From positions 1,929-65,928 of the forward strand of contig CAZJGC010000002.1 of assembly GCA_964545795.1 (NCBI GenBank): a stretch of 64,000 nt of DNA, written 5' to 3'. Position numbers and translations under genes: made by a program. The notes below the pieces were generated by a model. That model was not told the DNA's origin. It did not search any database and was given only the letters and a program-made list of their open reading frames with translations. Position 1 is the stretch's first letter. The number at the start of each line of letters is the position of its first letter. Positions 18,474 to 29,057 of the stretch are shown here, one piece after another. This stretch comes from an uncultured archaeon. Its GTDB lineage: Archaea; Aenigmatarchaeota; Aenigmatarchaeia; Aenigmatarchaeales; DAIDAN01.

Positions 18474-19721
18474 ATGAAAACAATGTTCATAATTCTGGAC
18501 GGGGTTGCTGACAGGCCTGCTAAACTTCTGAATGGAAAAACCCCGCTTGAGTCAGCAGAAACGCCTAACCTTGACACGCTTGCTAAAGAAAGCATGCTTG
18601 GTTTAATAGATGTTATGGGCAGGACAGCGCCGGAAACTGATACGGCAGTAATGGCAATGTTTGGTTATAATCCGCTTGTTTATAATAAAGGGCGCGGACC
18701 ATTGGAGGCTGTCGGTATAGGGTATAATTTTAGGAATGAACTGGCAGTAAGATGCAATTTTGCGACAATAGCAAACGGCAAAATAATTGACACTGAAGCA
18801 GAGAGATTGGAAACCAAATATTCCAAAAAACTTGTAAAATATCTTGAAGACAATATAAGTCTTGATGTTGATTTTGAGTTAAAACATGAAATGAATTACA
18901 GGTTTCTTTTGATATTAAAGTCAAAACTTTCTGAATATGTTTCAAGCACTCATCCGGGCTATTACAGGCTAATGAAAAATCTTATAGAAGTTCCTAAGCC
19001 GTTGCATGGGAAGATGGTTTTTGAAAAGTGCAAACCTTTAAAGAGTTCTGCAAAGAAGACAGCTGATATTATAAATTCTTTTACTAAGCAGTCTGAGTTG
19101 CTGTTAAAAGAACATAAGATAAATGTTAAAAGAAGAGAAGCAGGAAAGCACGAGGCAAATATTGTCCTTACAAGAGGTGCAGGCAACTCTTTGCCCAGTA
19201 TCAGTAAAATAAAGGGAAAATGGCTGTGCTTCGCTGACACAGCAGCTGAGAAGGGCATAGCAAAACTGCTTGGCATGGAATGTCTTGATTTGCCGGAACC
19301 TTTTACAGACAGGCTTATGAAAAATGAAAGGCAGGTAAAGAACGCAGTCAGAAGAGATATGAAAGTTCGGGTTGCTCTTCTTAAAAAGAATATTGACAAA
19401 TATAGTTGCTTTTATCTTCATTTCAAAGGCGCAGACCCGTTTGGGCATAGAGGTCTGCCTGTTCTCAAAAAAGCCTATATTGAAGCAATGGACAGGTATT
19501 TTTTTGAAAAGATTGATTTTTCTGAATTCAGGGTTTGCATAACAAGCGACCATACGACTGCCTGCGAAGCAAGATCGCATACAGCAGACCCGGTGCCTGT
19601 TATGATTTCAAACATGCCGAAACAGGATAACAAGCGTTTTTCTGAGAAGAACTGCAGAAAAGGCTCTCTTGGAAAATTCAAGGCTACTGATTTGGTTAAA
19701 AGGTTTTTAATAAAAAGTTAA
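18474..19721 (+). CDS. apgM: Cofactor-independent phosphoglycerate mutase, archaeal type
   Basis: MKTMFIILDGVADRP...GKTPLESAETPNLD. Confidence 0.8.
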   Translation: MKTMFIILDGVADRPAKLLNGKTPLESAETPNLDTLAKESMLGLIDVMGRTAPETDTAVMAMFGYNPLVYNKGRGPLEAVGIGYNFRNELAVRCNFATIANGKIIDTEAERLETKYSKKLVKYLEDNISLDVDFELKHEMNYRFLLILKSKLSEYVSSTHPGYYRLMKNLIEVPKPLHGKMVFEKCKPLKSSAKKTADIINSFTKQSELLLKEHKINVKRREAGKHEANIVLTRGAGNSLPSISKIKGKWLCFADTAAEKGIAKLLGMECLDLPEPFTDRLMKNERQVKNAVRRDMKVRVALLKKNIDKYSCFYLHFKGADPFGHRGLPVLKKAYIEAMDRYFFEKIDFSEFRVCITSDHTTACEARSHTADPVPVMISNMPKQDNKRFSEKNCRKGSLGKFKATDLVKRFLIKS

Positions 19722-19747
19722 ATAATAAGTACCTTGTAATCTATGTT

Positions 19748-20743
19748 ATGAAGTCTTCATTTGATTTAAAACACAATATAGCAAAAATAACTCCTGAAAA
19801 CATGGATGATGTTTATCTGCTTGAAAAAATTATTGTGCCCGGAACTCTTATTACTGCAAAAACTGTAAGAAGCAGGGAAATAAAAAGAGGAGATGAGAAG
19901 GTAAAGGGAAAGAAGGAGAGTATGGTTTTGACAATAAAAGTTGAAAAAATAGAATTCAGAGAAGATTATGGTTTGAGGGCAGGAGGAAAAATAGTTTCCG
20001 GTCCTGAAGATGTTGAAAGAGGGCATCATACAATTGAGATTCTTCCCAACACTTTTCTTAAAATAGAAAAAAAATGGAAGTCATGGGAGATTGATAAAAT
20101 AAAGTCTGCTTCAAAAAAACAGGAAAAGGTTCTGGTCTGCATTCTTGATGAAATAGAAGCGGATTTATGGCTTGTGCAGGAAAGAAAGAAACATCTTATT
20201 CATTTAACATGTTCCTTGGGCAAAAAGTCCGGAGTTTCCACAAAGCCGCAGTATTATGCTGAACTTGCCAAACAAATAAAGCAGAACGAATCAGATTATG
20301 TTGTTATTGCAGGACCTGCTTTTGCAAAAGAAGAATTAGCAGCATATCTGAAAGAGAAAGGCGTAGAAAAGAAAATCACTGTTGATACCGTTTCTCATAC
20401 AGGAGAGTCAGGGTTGCATGAACTTTTTAATAGGGGAATTCTTGAAAGGGTTGCGAAATTTTCCCGCATTTCAGAAGAAACGCAGATTGTTGAAAAACTG
20501 CTTTCGGAAATATCCAAAGATGGAAAAGCTGTTTATGGCAGGGAGGAAACGAAAAAAGCCATTGAAATGGGGGCTGTTGAAATTCTGCTTGTTTCTGACA
20601 AAAAAGTTCGGGAAAACGAGGATATTATTGAACTTGCTGAAACCCTGAAGACAAAAACAATGATTATAAGCACAGAGCATCAGTCAGGCGAGAAACTGTA
20701 TAATTTAGGAGGGATTGGGGGAATATTAAGGTATAAATTTTAG
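19748..20743 (+). CDS. pelA: Pelota/Dom34 mRNA surveillance factor
   Basis: N-domain TPENMDDVYLLEKIIVPGTLITAKT. eRF1-like C-domain GGIGGILRY. No GGQ or NIKS motifs. Confidence 0.75.
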   Translation: MKSSFDLKHNIAKITPENMDDVYLLEKIIVPGTLITAKTVRSREIKRGDEKVKGKKESMVLTIKVEKIEFREDYGLRAGGKIVSGPEDVERGHHTIEILPNTFLKIEKKWKSWEIDKIKSASKKQEKVLVCILDEIEADLWLVQERKKHLIHLTCSLGKKSGVSTKPQYYAELAKQIKQNESDYVVIAGPAFAKEELAAYLKEKGVEKKITVDTVSHTGESGLHELFNRGILERVAKFSRISEETQIVEKLLSEISKDGKAVYGREETKKAIEMGAVEILLVSDKKVRENEDIIELAETLKTKTMIISTEHQSGEKLYNLGGIGGILRYKF

Positions 20744-20801
20744 GTTTTTTATGAACATAGCAACCTTAACTTTCAAAAAATATAATGAGAATAATTAATT
20801 T

Positions 20802-21302
20802 TTAGTTTTTCCTTCTTGCCGCAACAACTGCGTCCCATTCTTTTCCTTTAATAACAAATGATTTTTCCAATGCAAAATCTCTTGGAATAATGGATTTTAA
20901 AAAGTCCAATTTCTCATAATAGTTGTATCTGTTGCAAAAACAGGAGATAATTGCCCTTTTGCAAACTCTGAATATCTCATCTGTATTTTTCAATAAATGC
21001 ACAACATCTATGCAGAATGCAACATCAAAGACTTTTGATTTGAACGGAATGGCGTCGCCGGAGGCAAGGACTTTTAAGCCTTTCGCCTTTTTCAGATTTT
21101 CCAGGTCAATGTCAATGGAAATAACATTTATTAATTCTGACAAAAACCCCGGCCCCGAACCAATATCAAGCATTATGCCCTGCTGTCCAACTTCTTTCAG
21201 AATTTTCTTTATTTTCTCCTTCTGGCATGCTTCCATAAATGATTCATAAATTATATTTGTGAACATAATAAGTAGACATAAGCGAAAATATTTATTAATC
21301 AA
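20802..21302 (-). CDS. Class I SAM-dependent methyltransferase
   Basis: MLDIGSGPGFLSE motif I. Confidence 0.7.
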   Translation of the reverse strand: MINKYFRLCLLIMFTNIIYESFMEACQKEKIKKILKEVGQQGIMLDIGSGPGFLSELINVISIDIDLENLKKAKGLKVLASGDAIPFKSKVFDVAFCIDVVHLLKNTDEIFRVCKRAIISCFCNRYNYYEKLDFLKSIIPRDFALEKSFVIKGKEWDAVVAARRKN

Positions 21303-21318
21303 ATATCAAGAGAAAAAT

Positions 21319-21762
21319 ATGAAGCAATATGAAAAATTAAGAAAAAAATACGGTCTTCCCTCTTGGAAGTGGGTAGAAAGAAACTTCTACTTTGTTCCTG
21401 ACAATACCCCGTTAGTAATGCAGATTGAGAAAAGAATGACTGAAAAACTTCAGGAATTGTTGGAGTTGATTGAACCTCTAATAATAGTGAATGAAAATTA
21501 CATAAACTTCCTGGAAAGGAAAATGCTTACAAAAAGTAAAAAGAAAAATCTCTTTGAAATCTATAAAAAAATTAAGTTCCTTATATTTGAACATAACAAA
21601 CTATCTCTTTCTTATACTGAGAAAGACCAGGCAGAATGGATAAAAACCGTAGAAACTATATGGGAAGATATCAGGCCTGAACTGGAGGATGTTTTCAATA
21701 TTTTGTCAAAAGGCTGGAAACAATACAAGAAAAAGGAAATAAGGACGGATTATTACGGGTAA
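21319..21762 (+). CDS. Hypothetical protein
   Basis: ORF with no recognisable motif. The ATG chosen lies downstream of the overlap with the methyltransferase start. Confidence 0.35.
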   Translation: MKQYEKLRKKYGLPSWKWVERNFYFVPDNTPLVMQIEKRMTEKLQELLELIEPLIIVNENYINFLERKMLTKSKKKNLFEIYKKIKFLIFEHNKLSLSYTEKDQAEWIKTVETIWEDIRPELEDVFNILSKGWKQYKKKEIRTDYYG

Positions 21763-21838
21763 ATATTGATATTGCAATCTTTAAGAGCCAAACCATATCT
21801 TAATAAATGTTTGCGCCAAATATAAATGAGTGGTTTTT

Positions 21839-22168
21839 ATGCAGATAGAATTTAAAGATTTTGAAAAAATGAAGATTGTAACAGGAAAAGTGCTTGAAGT
21901 TGAGAAAATAAGAAAAAGCAACAAACTTTACAAACTTCGCGTTGATATTGGAGAAAAAATAGTTCAGATTGTTTCAGGTCTTGCTAATTATTATTCCGAA
22001 TCTGAATTAATTGGAAAAACTGTGATTGTTCTGGCAAATCTTGCGCCTCTTGAGTTAATGGGTGAAATTTCAGAAGGAATGCTCTTATGCGCTGTTGACC
22101 AGAAGAACGACAGGTGTTCTCTGCTTACTGTTGATAAGGATGCAGAAGAAGGAACTCCTGTTATGTGA
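21839..22168 (+). CDS. tRNA-binding domain protein (Trbp111/CsaA/Myf-like)
   Basis: KIVTGKVLEVEKIRKSNKLYKLRVDIGEKIVQIVSGLANYY is an OB-fold tRNA-binding signature. Confidence 0.7.
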   Translation: MQIEFKDFEKMKIVTGKVLEVEKIRKSNKLYKLRVDIGEKIVQIVSGLANYYSESELIGKTVIVLANLAPLELMGEISEGMLLCAVDQKNDRCSLLTVDKDAEEGTPVM

Positions 22169-22170
22169 AC

Positions 22171-22545
22171 TTACTTCTTTTCTTTTAGTATTTTCTTTAG
22201 TTCGGTTTTTGTTACGAAGTTATTTCTCAACGGGTTGTAAAGATTTATTAGATTTTCAATTTCTACAAGTTCTGTCTTCTTTGCGGTTCTTGTCATTTCT
22301 CTTGAGAGTTTTGATATATTGTTTTCTATTTTAAGAATTCTTGGTTCAAGTTCAGCCAGTTGTTTTGTTAACTTTGCCACCTGCTCGCGCAGATTGTTTG
22401 AACTTCTTAATATTGTTTCTTCTATTGAACTTATCCTTGCATCTACAGCCATATCTCTTTCTTCCAGAGCTCTAATTCTCCTTCCATGTTCATTTATTCT
22501 CCTCACAACTTCATTCAAAATGGTCTGAATGTCTTTTTGCGTAAC
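22171..22545 (-). CDS. Coiled-coil hypothetical protein, divergent from the pilus ATPase gene
   Basis: Heptad-rich sequence (RIRALEERDMAVDARISSIEE...). Confidence 0.35.
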   Translation of the reverse strand, partial: VTQKDIQTILNEVVRRINEHGRRIRALEERDMAVDARISSIEETILRSSNNLREQVAKLTKQLAELEPRILKIENNISKLSREMTRTAKKTELVEIENLINLYNPLRNNFVTKTELKKILKEKK

Positions 22546-22611
22546 CATTAATATCACTATACCTATAATATTAATAAAACTTATAATAATTATTGTTTGA
22601 GGTAGTATTTT

Positions 22612-24831
22612 ATGGTTTTTGAAACTGAGATAAAGGACGGAATATTGAAAATAAATTGTCTTGGTTCAATATACGGTGCAAGCATAGAAGATTCCGACGT
22701 GCTTATGGCAAGAGTTATAGATAATTTGATTTCTGAGCCTTCTATAAGGGGTATTATTCTTGCAGAATCAAGAGAATATGAATACAACACCCAACAAACA
22801 AAGATGCTTGTAGAAATAGCAAAAGCCATAACAACAATTTTAAGGGAAAGAAGACTTATATCCATAAAAAAGTTCCCTAAGGGTTGCGACAGGCTAATAT
22901 CTGTGTGGTATGGGTGGCTGCAGAATCTTATTACAATACAGTTGCGTTCAGACCCCGTAGGAGCTTATGTGAACCTTATCAGGGAGATAAGACATACAAC
23001 CATAAAGAAGGATAGGTGCAGGGAGGAGTATCTTAAAAATATATTGCTTCCGATAAAAGAGATTCTTGAGCAATGCTCTCTTATACAGTTGGTAAAACCC
23101 CATATAAGCGGTTATAATGTAGGCAACAGGGCAGTTTATAGAGAAATCTTTCATCCTACAATTAGACCCAATTTTATGTATACAAAATACATGGCAACCC
23201 CGCCTCCAGGAGAGGCAATAGAAAGATATGAAATAGGAAATGTTGAAATAAGTATATATAAGGTTCCCGGGCATGTAAGATATTTTTATCATGTTGTGCC
23301 TCCTGAGTTCAATCTTGCTGAAGATGAATATATATTGCTGGATGGCGCGCGCAGGATTTTGGAAGAAAGGCGCCCAAGAGAGTTTGAGACAAAAGACCAG
23401 GAGAAGATGAGAGAAATATTTAACAATATTGGGATTGAACTGCTGAGAGATTTGGCTGAACAAAGCGGAAAAAACTTCACTCCTCTTCAGATAAAAAAAC
23501 TTGCATCAATACTTACAAGGTATACGGCAGGTCTTGGTATATTAGAGATAATTCTTTCTGATGAAAAAATACAGGATGTTTTTGTTAATAGTCCGCTTGG
23601 TGAAATTCCTGTATATGTTTATCATAATGATTACGGCGAGTGCGAAACCAACCTTATACCAACAAGGGTAGATGGTGAAAGATGGGCAACAAGATTCAGG
23701 CTTTTGTCTGGAAGACCATTGGATGAGGCAAATCCTGTTCTGGATACAGAAACAAATGCTCCCGGAGGCAGGGCAAGAGTGTGCGCTATTTATCCCAATC
23801 TATCTCCTGAAGGCATGGGAATTTCATTGAGAAGGCACAGGGACAGACCATGGACTCTTCCGTTGTTTATAAATGTCGGCTTCTTGGACCCTTTGTTTGC
23901 AGGTCTTATAAGTTTTGTAACTGATTATGGAAGAACCTTCCTTATAGCAGGCACGCGTTCTTCAGGAAAAACATCATTGCTTGGGGCATGCATGCTTGAA
24001 ATACTTCCAAAACAAAGAATTGTAACTGTTGAGGATACCTTGGAACTTCCTGTCAAAAAACTGCAAAGTCTTGGTTACAACATTGAAAGATTGAAATCGC
24101 GTTCTGTTATAACAAGGGTTGAAACTGAGATGAGCGCAGATGATGCTATAAGAACTGCTTTGCGTATGGGCGACTCTTCATTGATAATAGGCGAAGTAAG
24201 GTCATTGGAGGCTAAAGCTCTTTATGAAGCAATGAGAATAGGAGCTCTTGCAAATGTTGTAGCAGGCACAATACATGGAGAGTCTGCTTATGGCGTATTT
24301 GACAGAGTTGTTAATGATTTAGGTGTTCCTGCAACAAGTTTTAAGGCGACAGACCTTGTGATAATATGCAATAAGATAAGAAGCGCTGACGGTCTTAAAA
24401 CTTTCAGAAAGGTCACAGAAGTCACAGAAGTCAGAAAACACTGGAAGAATGACCCTGTTGAAGAGGGAGGTTTTGTAAACCTTATGGAATATTCTTCAAA
24501 ATTAGGCATGCTCAAGCCAACTCCAACTTTTTTGAATGGCGAGAGTTTTATGTTGAATGAAATATCAAAACGCGTAAGAGAGTGGTCAGGCAATTGGGCT
24601 GCCGTTTGGGAAAACATAAACTTGCGTGCGAGAATATACAAATCAATAGTTGATATTGCAAAATCAACAAACAAGCCTGAACTTATGGAAGCAGAGAACA
24701 CTGTAAAAAGCAATGAAAAGTTTCATTTGTTGTCTGAGAGGTCCAGAATAGAGACAGGTTTTATTGATGCCGAACTTGTTTATAAAGAGTGGCTTGAGTG
24801 GTTCAAAAAACTTGCAAAAAGTCAGAGATGA
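22612..24831 (+). CDS. Type II/IV secretion-family ATPase (archaeal FlaI/TadA/PilB-like), unusually long at 739 aa
   Basis: Walker A AGTRSSGKTS. VTVEDTLELP matches the VirB11/GspE box. RIGALANVVAGTIHGESA. Confidence 0.8.
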   Translation: MVFETEIKDGILKINCLGSIYGASIEDSDVLMARVIDNLISEPSIRGIILAESREYEYNTQQTKMLVEIAKAITTILRERRLISIKKFPKGCDRLISVWYGWLQNLITIQLRSDPVGAYVNLIREIRHTTIKKDRCREEYLKNILLPIKEILEQCSLIQLVKPHISGYNVGNRAVYREIFHPTIRPNFMYTKYMATPPPGEAIERYEIGNVEISIYKVPGHVRYFYHVVPPEFNLAEDEYILLDGARRILEERRPREFETKDQEKMREIFNNIGIELLRDLAEQSGKNFTPLQIKKLASILTRYTAGLGILEIILSDEKIQDVFVNSPLGEIPVYVYHNDYGECETNLIPTRVDGERWATRFRLLSGRPLDEANPVLDTETNAPGGRARVCAIYPNLSPEGMGISLRRHRDRPWTLPLFINVGFLDPLFAGLISFVTDYGRTFLIAGTRSSGKTSLLGACMLEILPKQRIVTVEDTLELPVKKLQSLGYNIERLKSRSVITRVETEMSADDAIRTALRMGDSSLIIGEVRSLEAKALYEAMRIGALANVVAGTIHGESAYGVFDRVVNDLGVPATSFKATDLVIICNKIRSADGLKTFRKVTEVTEVRKHWKNDPVEEGGFVNLMEYSSKLGMLKPTPTFLNGESFMLNEISKRVREWSGNWAAVWENINLRARIYKSIVDIAKSTNKPELMEAENTVKSNEKFHLLSERSRIETGFIDAELVYKEWLEWFKKLAKSQR

Positions 24832-24837
24832 AGCATT

Positions 24838-26916
24838 ATGTTTTCCAATAAGAAAAAGAAGATTGAAAAAAGAATTGAAGAAATAAGAAAAAGACAGATA
24901 AAGAAGGTTCTAAAGGAGATTGAACCTACTGTGGAACTCCCTAAAGAAGAAAAGTTTGAGCCATATTCTATTGATTATAAAAAGTTCTTGGAAGATATAA
25001 AACGAAAACCTGAAACATTTTATGAAAAAGCATGTTTATTTTCCGAGAAGTTGATAAAGGTGAAACCTGATGATTCAACATCAGCAAAACTTAAGCAAGA
25101 CATAACTGCTGCTTATATTACCGCAACACCGGAAGGGGTTATGTCCTTTTCACTTCTGTCATTTTTTGCCATGATGCTCATATCAGTTACAGGCATTTTA
25201 GGAGGCTTTATTAATGCAGGGTTTGGATTGTTTTTGATATTGCTTGGAGGAGGTATTTCATATTTTATATACACTTACCCATCCACGCATGCAAGGTCCC
25301 TGCAGGCGAAAATGAGTTCTGAGATTGTGCTTGCTATTTTATATATGGTAATTTACATGCGCAATAATCCAAACATAGAAGGGGCTGTAAAATTTGCTTC
25401 AAAGAATCTTTCAGGACCTTTGAGCTGGGATTTGAAAAAAATTATGTGGGATGTTGAACTTGGAACATATAGTTCTATAGATGAAGCCTTTTCGTTTTAT
25501 CTGACAAAATGGAAGGACAAAAATGAGGAATTTTCAGAAGCTCTGCATATATTAAAGGCAAGCACTTCAGAATCTGAATCAAGAAGAACAGCAATGCTTG
25601 ACGAAGCAATAAATGTGATACTTGAGGGAACAAAAGAAAGAATGAAACATTATGCTCAGGGTTTAAGATTGCCAGTTATGCTTATACATGCTATGGGAGT
25701 TTTGCTTCCTGTAATAGGGCTTATAATGTTTCCTATAATTGTTCTTTTCATGCAGGATGTGATAAAGCCCGTTTTTATTTTCATAGGATATGATATAGCG
25801 CTCCCTGTATTTTTATATCTGTATATGAACTATATTTTGCAGACAAAGCCTCCAACGTTTTCGCAGCCAGACACAACCAAAAGCAAAGGCATACCGCCCA
25901 TAGGAAAATTCTCATTGTTTGGGAAAAACATACCTATACTTCCTATATCGCTTATTATTGGGCTTATAATAATAAGCATAGGATTTGCAGGCATAGGCAC
26001 AGCAGATGTTGCAACTTCAGTAAACTACTCTATTATTGTAGTTATAGGAATATGCGTTTCTGTAATAGTGTATTGTTATCTTGACAGTTATCAGAAAATC
26101 AAAATAAGAAATGATATTGAGAAAATAGAGAATGAATTTTCTGAGGCGCTGTTCCAGCTTGGAAACAGCATTGCAGGAGGAACGCCCATAGAAGTTTCTG
26201 TTGACAGGGCTGTTGAAAATCTTAAAAATATGAAAATTTCCGATTTGTTTCTTATCTCAAGCATGAATATGAAAAAGCTTGGCATGACTTTTGAGCAGTC
26301 GCTGTTTGACAAGGAATACGGGGCTATTCAGCAGTATCCATCAAAACTCATACATTCAATAATGCAAACCATTATAGAATCTTCCAGAAAAAGCGTAAAA
26401 ATAGCGTCGTTGTCCATGCTTACAATATCGCATTATTTGAAAGGGATGCATAATGTCAAGGAAGAAATAAATGAAATTCTTGGTGAAACTGTAACAAGCA
26501 TGAAATTCTTGGCATTGTTTCTTGCTCCTATGATAGCCGGTGTTACTGTTAGCATGGCTGTTGTAATAATACAGATACTTACATCCATTTCTACCCAGCT
26601 TTCAACTCTTGCTTCTGCACCAGACCTTGCAGGAGGGTTGCAGGGATTAGTGTTATTTGGATGGAATCAAGGAGGAACAGGACCTCCGATAGAGCCTGCC
26701 GCCTTCCAGCTTATAGTCGGCATTTACATGCTTCAGACAGCATTGCTCTTGTCGTATTTTATAAACAGGATACAGTATGGCGAAGATGCAATAGGATTAA
26801 GAAACGTTATATGGCAGACATTGATATTTGCGGCAATAATATATGCATTGAGCTGGTTTGTAACTTATAATATGTTTGGCGGACCAATAAAGAGTTTATT
26901 GAATCCAATAACGTAA
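24838..26916 (+). CDS. FlaJ/TadC-like polytopic membrane platform protein
   Basis: 692 aa with many TM helices. Immediately downstream of the ATPase, with a 6-nt gap. Confidence 0.7.
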   Translation: MFSNKKKKIEKRIEEIRKRQIKKVLKEIEPTVELPKEEKFEPYSIDYKKFLEDIKRKPETFYEKACLFSEKLIKVKPDDSTSAKLKQDITAAYITATPEGVMSFSLLSFFAMMLISVTGILGGFINAGFGLFLILLGGGISYFIYTYPSTHARSLQAKMSSEIVLAILYMVIYMRNNPNIEGAVKFASKNLSGPLSWDLKKIMWDVELGTYSSIDEAFSFYLTKWKDKNEEFSEALHILKASTSESESRRTAMLDEAINVILEGTKERMKHYAQGLRLPVMLIHAMGVLLPVIGLIMFPIIVLFMQDVIKPVFIFIGYDIALPVFLYLYMNYILQTKPPTFSQPDTTKSKGIPPIGKFSLFGKNIPILPISLIIGLIIISIGFAGIGTADVATSVNYSIIVVIGICVSVIVYCYLDSYQKIKIRNDIEKIENEFSEALFQLGNSIAGGTPIEVSVDRAVENLKNMKISDLFLISSMNMKKLGMTFEQSLFDKEYGAIQQYPSKLIHSIMQTIIESSRKSVKIASLSMLTISHYLKGMHNVKEEINEILGETVTSMKFLALFLAPMIAGVTVSMAVVIIQILTSISTQLSTLASAPDLAGGLQGLVLFGWNQGGTGPPIEPAAFQLIVGIYMLQTALLLSYFINRIQYGEDAIGLRNVIWQTLIFAAIIYALSWFVTYNMFGGPIKSLLNPIT

Positions 26917-26927
26917 AAATGAATTAG

Positions 26928-28559
26928 TTAAATCTGCTTTAAGACATAATTTTCTCCTGCAGTGAAGTTTGTTTTAAAGTATAGATTTTCAAAATCGGTT
27001 GTTCCTTTCTTTACAATTTTTATGGTGTTGTCAGTTAATTTTATTACTGCTTCAAAATCAGATATTGTAAATTTGTAGTTTCCTGTATAGGAGCAAGACC
27101 ATGATTCAGATGTTGAATATCTTTTGCTGTGCGAATATGCGTCACAGTCGCGGTAACATTTGAATAGAGTGCAGACAAGTTCCCATGAGCAGCAACTTCC
27201 TGTTCTGCAGCTTCCGCTTCTGCTGCATGAATATTTGTATTCATAATAATTTTTCTTTCCCCAATTATATGTGTTGTGATATTTTTTGTGAGAATAACTG
27301 TAACCGCTTATTCCGCATCCGCATGAGCCTGAATATGACAAGTCCTCGTAATTATATGCGCATGTTCCTGATATTTTATTGCCTGTTCTTAGATAATGGC
27401 TGCCTGCACAACCATTGTAAAAATTCTTTGGAGTCTTGTAATCATATAATTGCCATGTTTTTGAGAAAGATGGATTAATTTCTATGCTGATATCAATGCC
27501 ATTCAGATATTCATTAGTGAAAACAGATTTCAATGATGATATAATGTTGTTGATTTTTGAATCCAATCTTATCCAGTCAGTGTCTTTAACTGCTTTCTGC
27601 GCTGTGCAGCTCACTGTTTTTCTTCCTTCTGAGCAGTCGCTGCTTCCAGAGTATGATTGGGTTTCGGTGTATGTTCCTTGAAAGTCATTTATGCCTGCCA
27701 AGCCTTCACTGCTTCCAATTCCGCATAGAAGAGAATATCTGAACATATTGTCTATGCGCACATGAATTCTGCCTCCGGAGACAAAACCTGCATACTTTCC
27801 CGGGTTTTTGCTGTTGGTTATTCCTTCACATTCTGTCTTTAAACTGTTAACTTCATTCACGTTAAAATTAATGTTTTTTATTTTGCAGCCATCCACGCCT
27901 GATGATGAGAGCAAAGAGTTTGAAATATGCTTTTCGGCATTTCCATCATTGTCGCAGTCAAAATCTCCAGAGTTTACGTAAATTTTGTTAGAATCCCGGA
28001 CATATGTTCCGTTGGCATAGAACCTTCTTGAGAGTTTTGCAATTTTTAGATATCTTATTGGTTTTTTTATTTCCACTGTTCCTTTAAGATATGACTTTAT
28101 AATAGATTTTTTTCTTTCAAATGAAAAGGATTGCGGCTTCATTGTTGTAGTTATTATATAATCAGAAACAATTGTGTTTATATTGGAAGGAGGAGTAACT
28201 TTTATTCTTCCCCCGTTGCCTATAAATTCAGGATAGCTTGTTATTTTTCCTTTAAGTGTTTCTTTAAATTTGTTTTTAATTTCTTCTATGCTTGGCAGAT
28301 TTGCATGCCAGTTGCATTCAAAACCTCCGCACTTTTCTCCCAATTCCTTTGCGGTAATTTCAGTTACTATCTTAAGAAATTCATTCATATTTTTTTCTGA
28401 TAGATAATAGTAGTTTATTGTGGATAAACCGCCTGCAATTCTGTCAGACAATTTCATTTCTGTGCTGCTGTAAAAATTATGAAGGAAGATAAGGATAAAA
28501 CCTATTATTATTGCGCCTATCAAAACGCCTACTGTAATAATCGGAGCAACACCTTTCAT
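26928..28559 (-). CDS. Large Cys/Tyr/Ser-rich surface protein with a prepilin-like N-terminus
   Basis: MKG|VAPIITVGVLIGAIIIGFILIF. 543 aa. C-terminal CxC/CGC clusters. Confidence 0.5.
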   Translation of the reverse strand: MKGVAPIITVGVLIGAIIIGFILIFLHNFYSSTEMKLSDRIAGGLSTINYYYLSEKNMNEFLKIVTEITAKELGEKCGGFECNWHANLPSIEEIKNKFKETLKGKITSYPEFIGNGGRIKVTPPSNINTIVSDYIITTTMKPQSFSFERKKSIIKSYLKGTVEIKKPIRYLKIAKLSRRFYANGTYVRDSNKIYVNSGDFDCDNDGNAEKHISNSLLSSSGVDGCKIKNINFNVNEVNSLKTECEGITNSKNPGKYAGFVSGGRIHVRIDNMFRYSLLCGIGSSEGLAGINDFQGTYTETQSYSGSSDCSEGRKTVSCTAQKAVKDTDWIRLDSKINNIISSLKSVFTNEYLNGIDISIEINPSFSKTWQLYDYKTPKNFYNGCAGSHYLRTGNKISGTCAYNYEDLSYSGSCGCGISGYSYSHKKYHNTYNWGKKNYYEYKYSCSRSGSCRTGSCCSWELVCTLFKCYRDCDAYSHSKRYSTSESWSCSYTGNYKFTISDFEAVIKLTDNTIKIVKKGTTDFENLYFKTNFTAGENYVLKQI

Positions 28560-28563
28560 GAAA

Positions 28564-29055
28564 TCACGCTACGTACAATACAAGCCAATACTTTCCGGGA
28601 AGCACTGGTATTGAATCTCTCATGCCATAAGGCACTTTGTTAAAGTCTTTGTCTTCGCTGTTTTTTGCAAGGGTTTTTATGTCAGGCCCATAAAGGAACA
28701 GCCAGTATTTTTTTCCTTTATAAACATAGTCAATATATTTTTTTGCAACTGCTTTCAAGTCATAATCGCACAGGTCATCGGCGCAACCTGATTTTGGAAC
28801 TTTGGGTTTCAATGTGTCTTCATACAAGGCATATACAAGCGCTCTTTTGAATGTTATGCCATTGCTGTCTTTCATCTCCATCAGAGATAAAAGCGCATCC
28901 TGAACAGACACAGGTTCATATATTATATCAACTATTAGTTTTTTGGTTATTTTGACATTCAAAATATGACCTGCTCCTATGACAGCGGCAAAAAAAGCAG
29001 CTACAACAATAATGACAATGAGTGTGATTACCGAAATAACTATGGCTTTTTTCAT
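28564..29055 (-). CDS. Pilin-like protein
   Basis: MKKA|IVISVITLIVIIVVAAFFAAV N-terminus. Confidence 0.45.
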   Translation of the reverse strand: MKKAIVISVITLIVIIVVAAFFAAVIGAGHILNVKITKKLIVDIIYEPVSVQDALLSLMEMKDSNGITFKRALVYALYEDTLKPKVPKSGCADDLCDYDLKAVAKKYIDYVYKGKKYWLFLYGPDIKTLAKNSEDKDFNKVPYGMRDSIPVLPGKYWLVLYVA

Positions 29056-29057
29056 GT

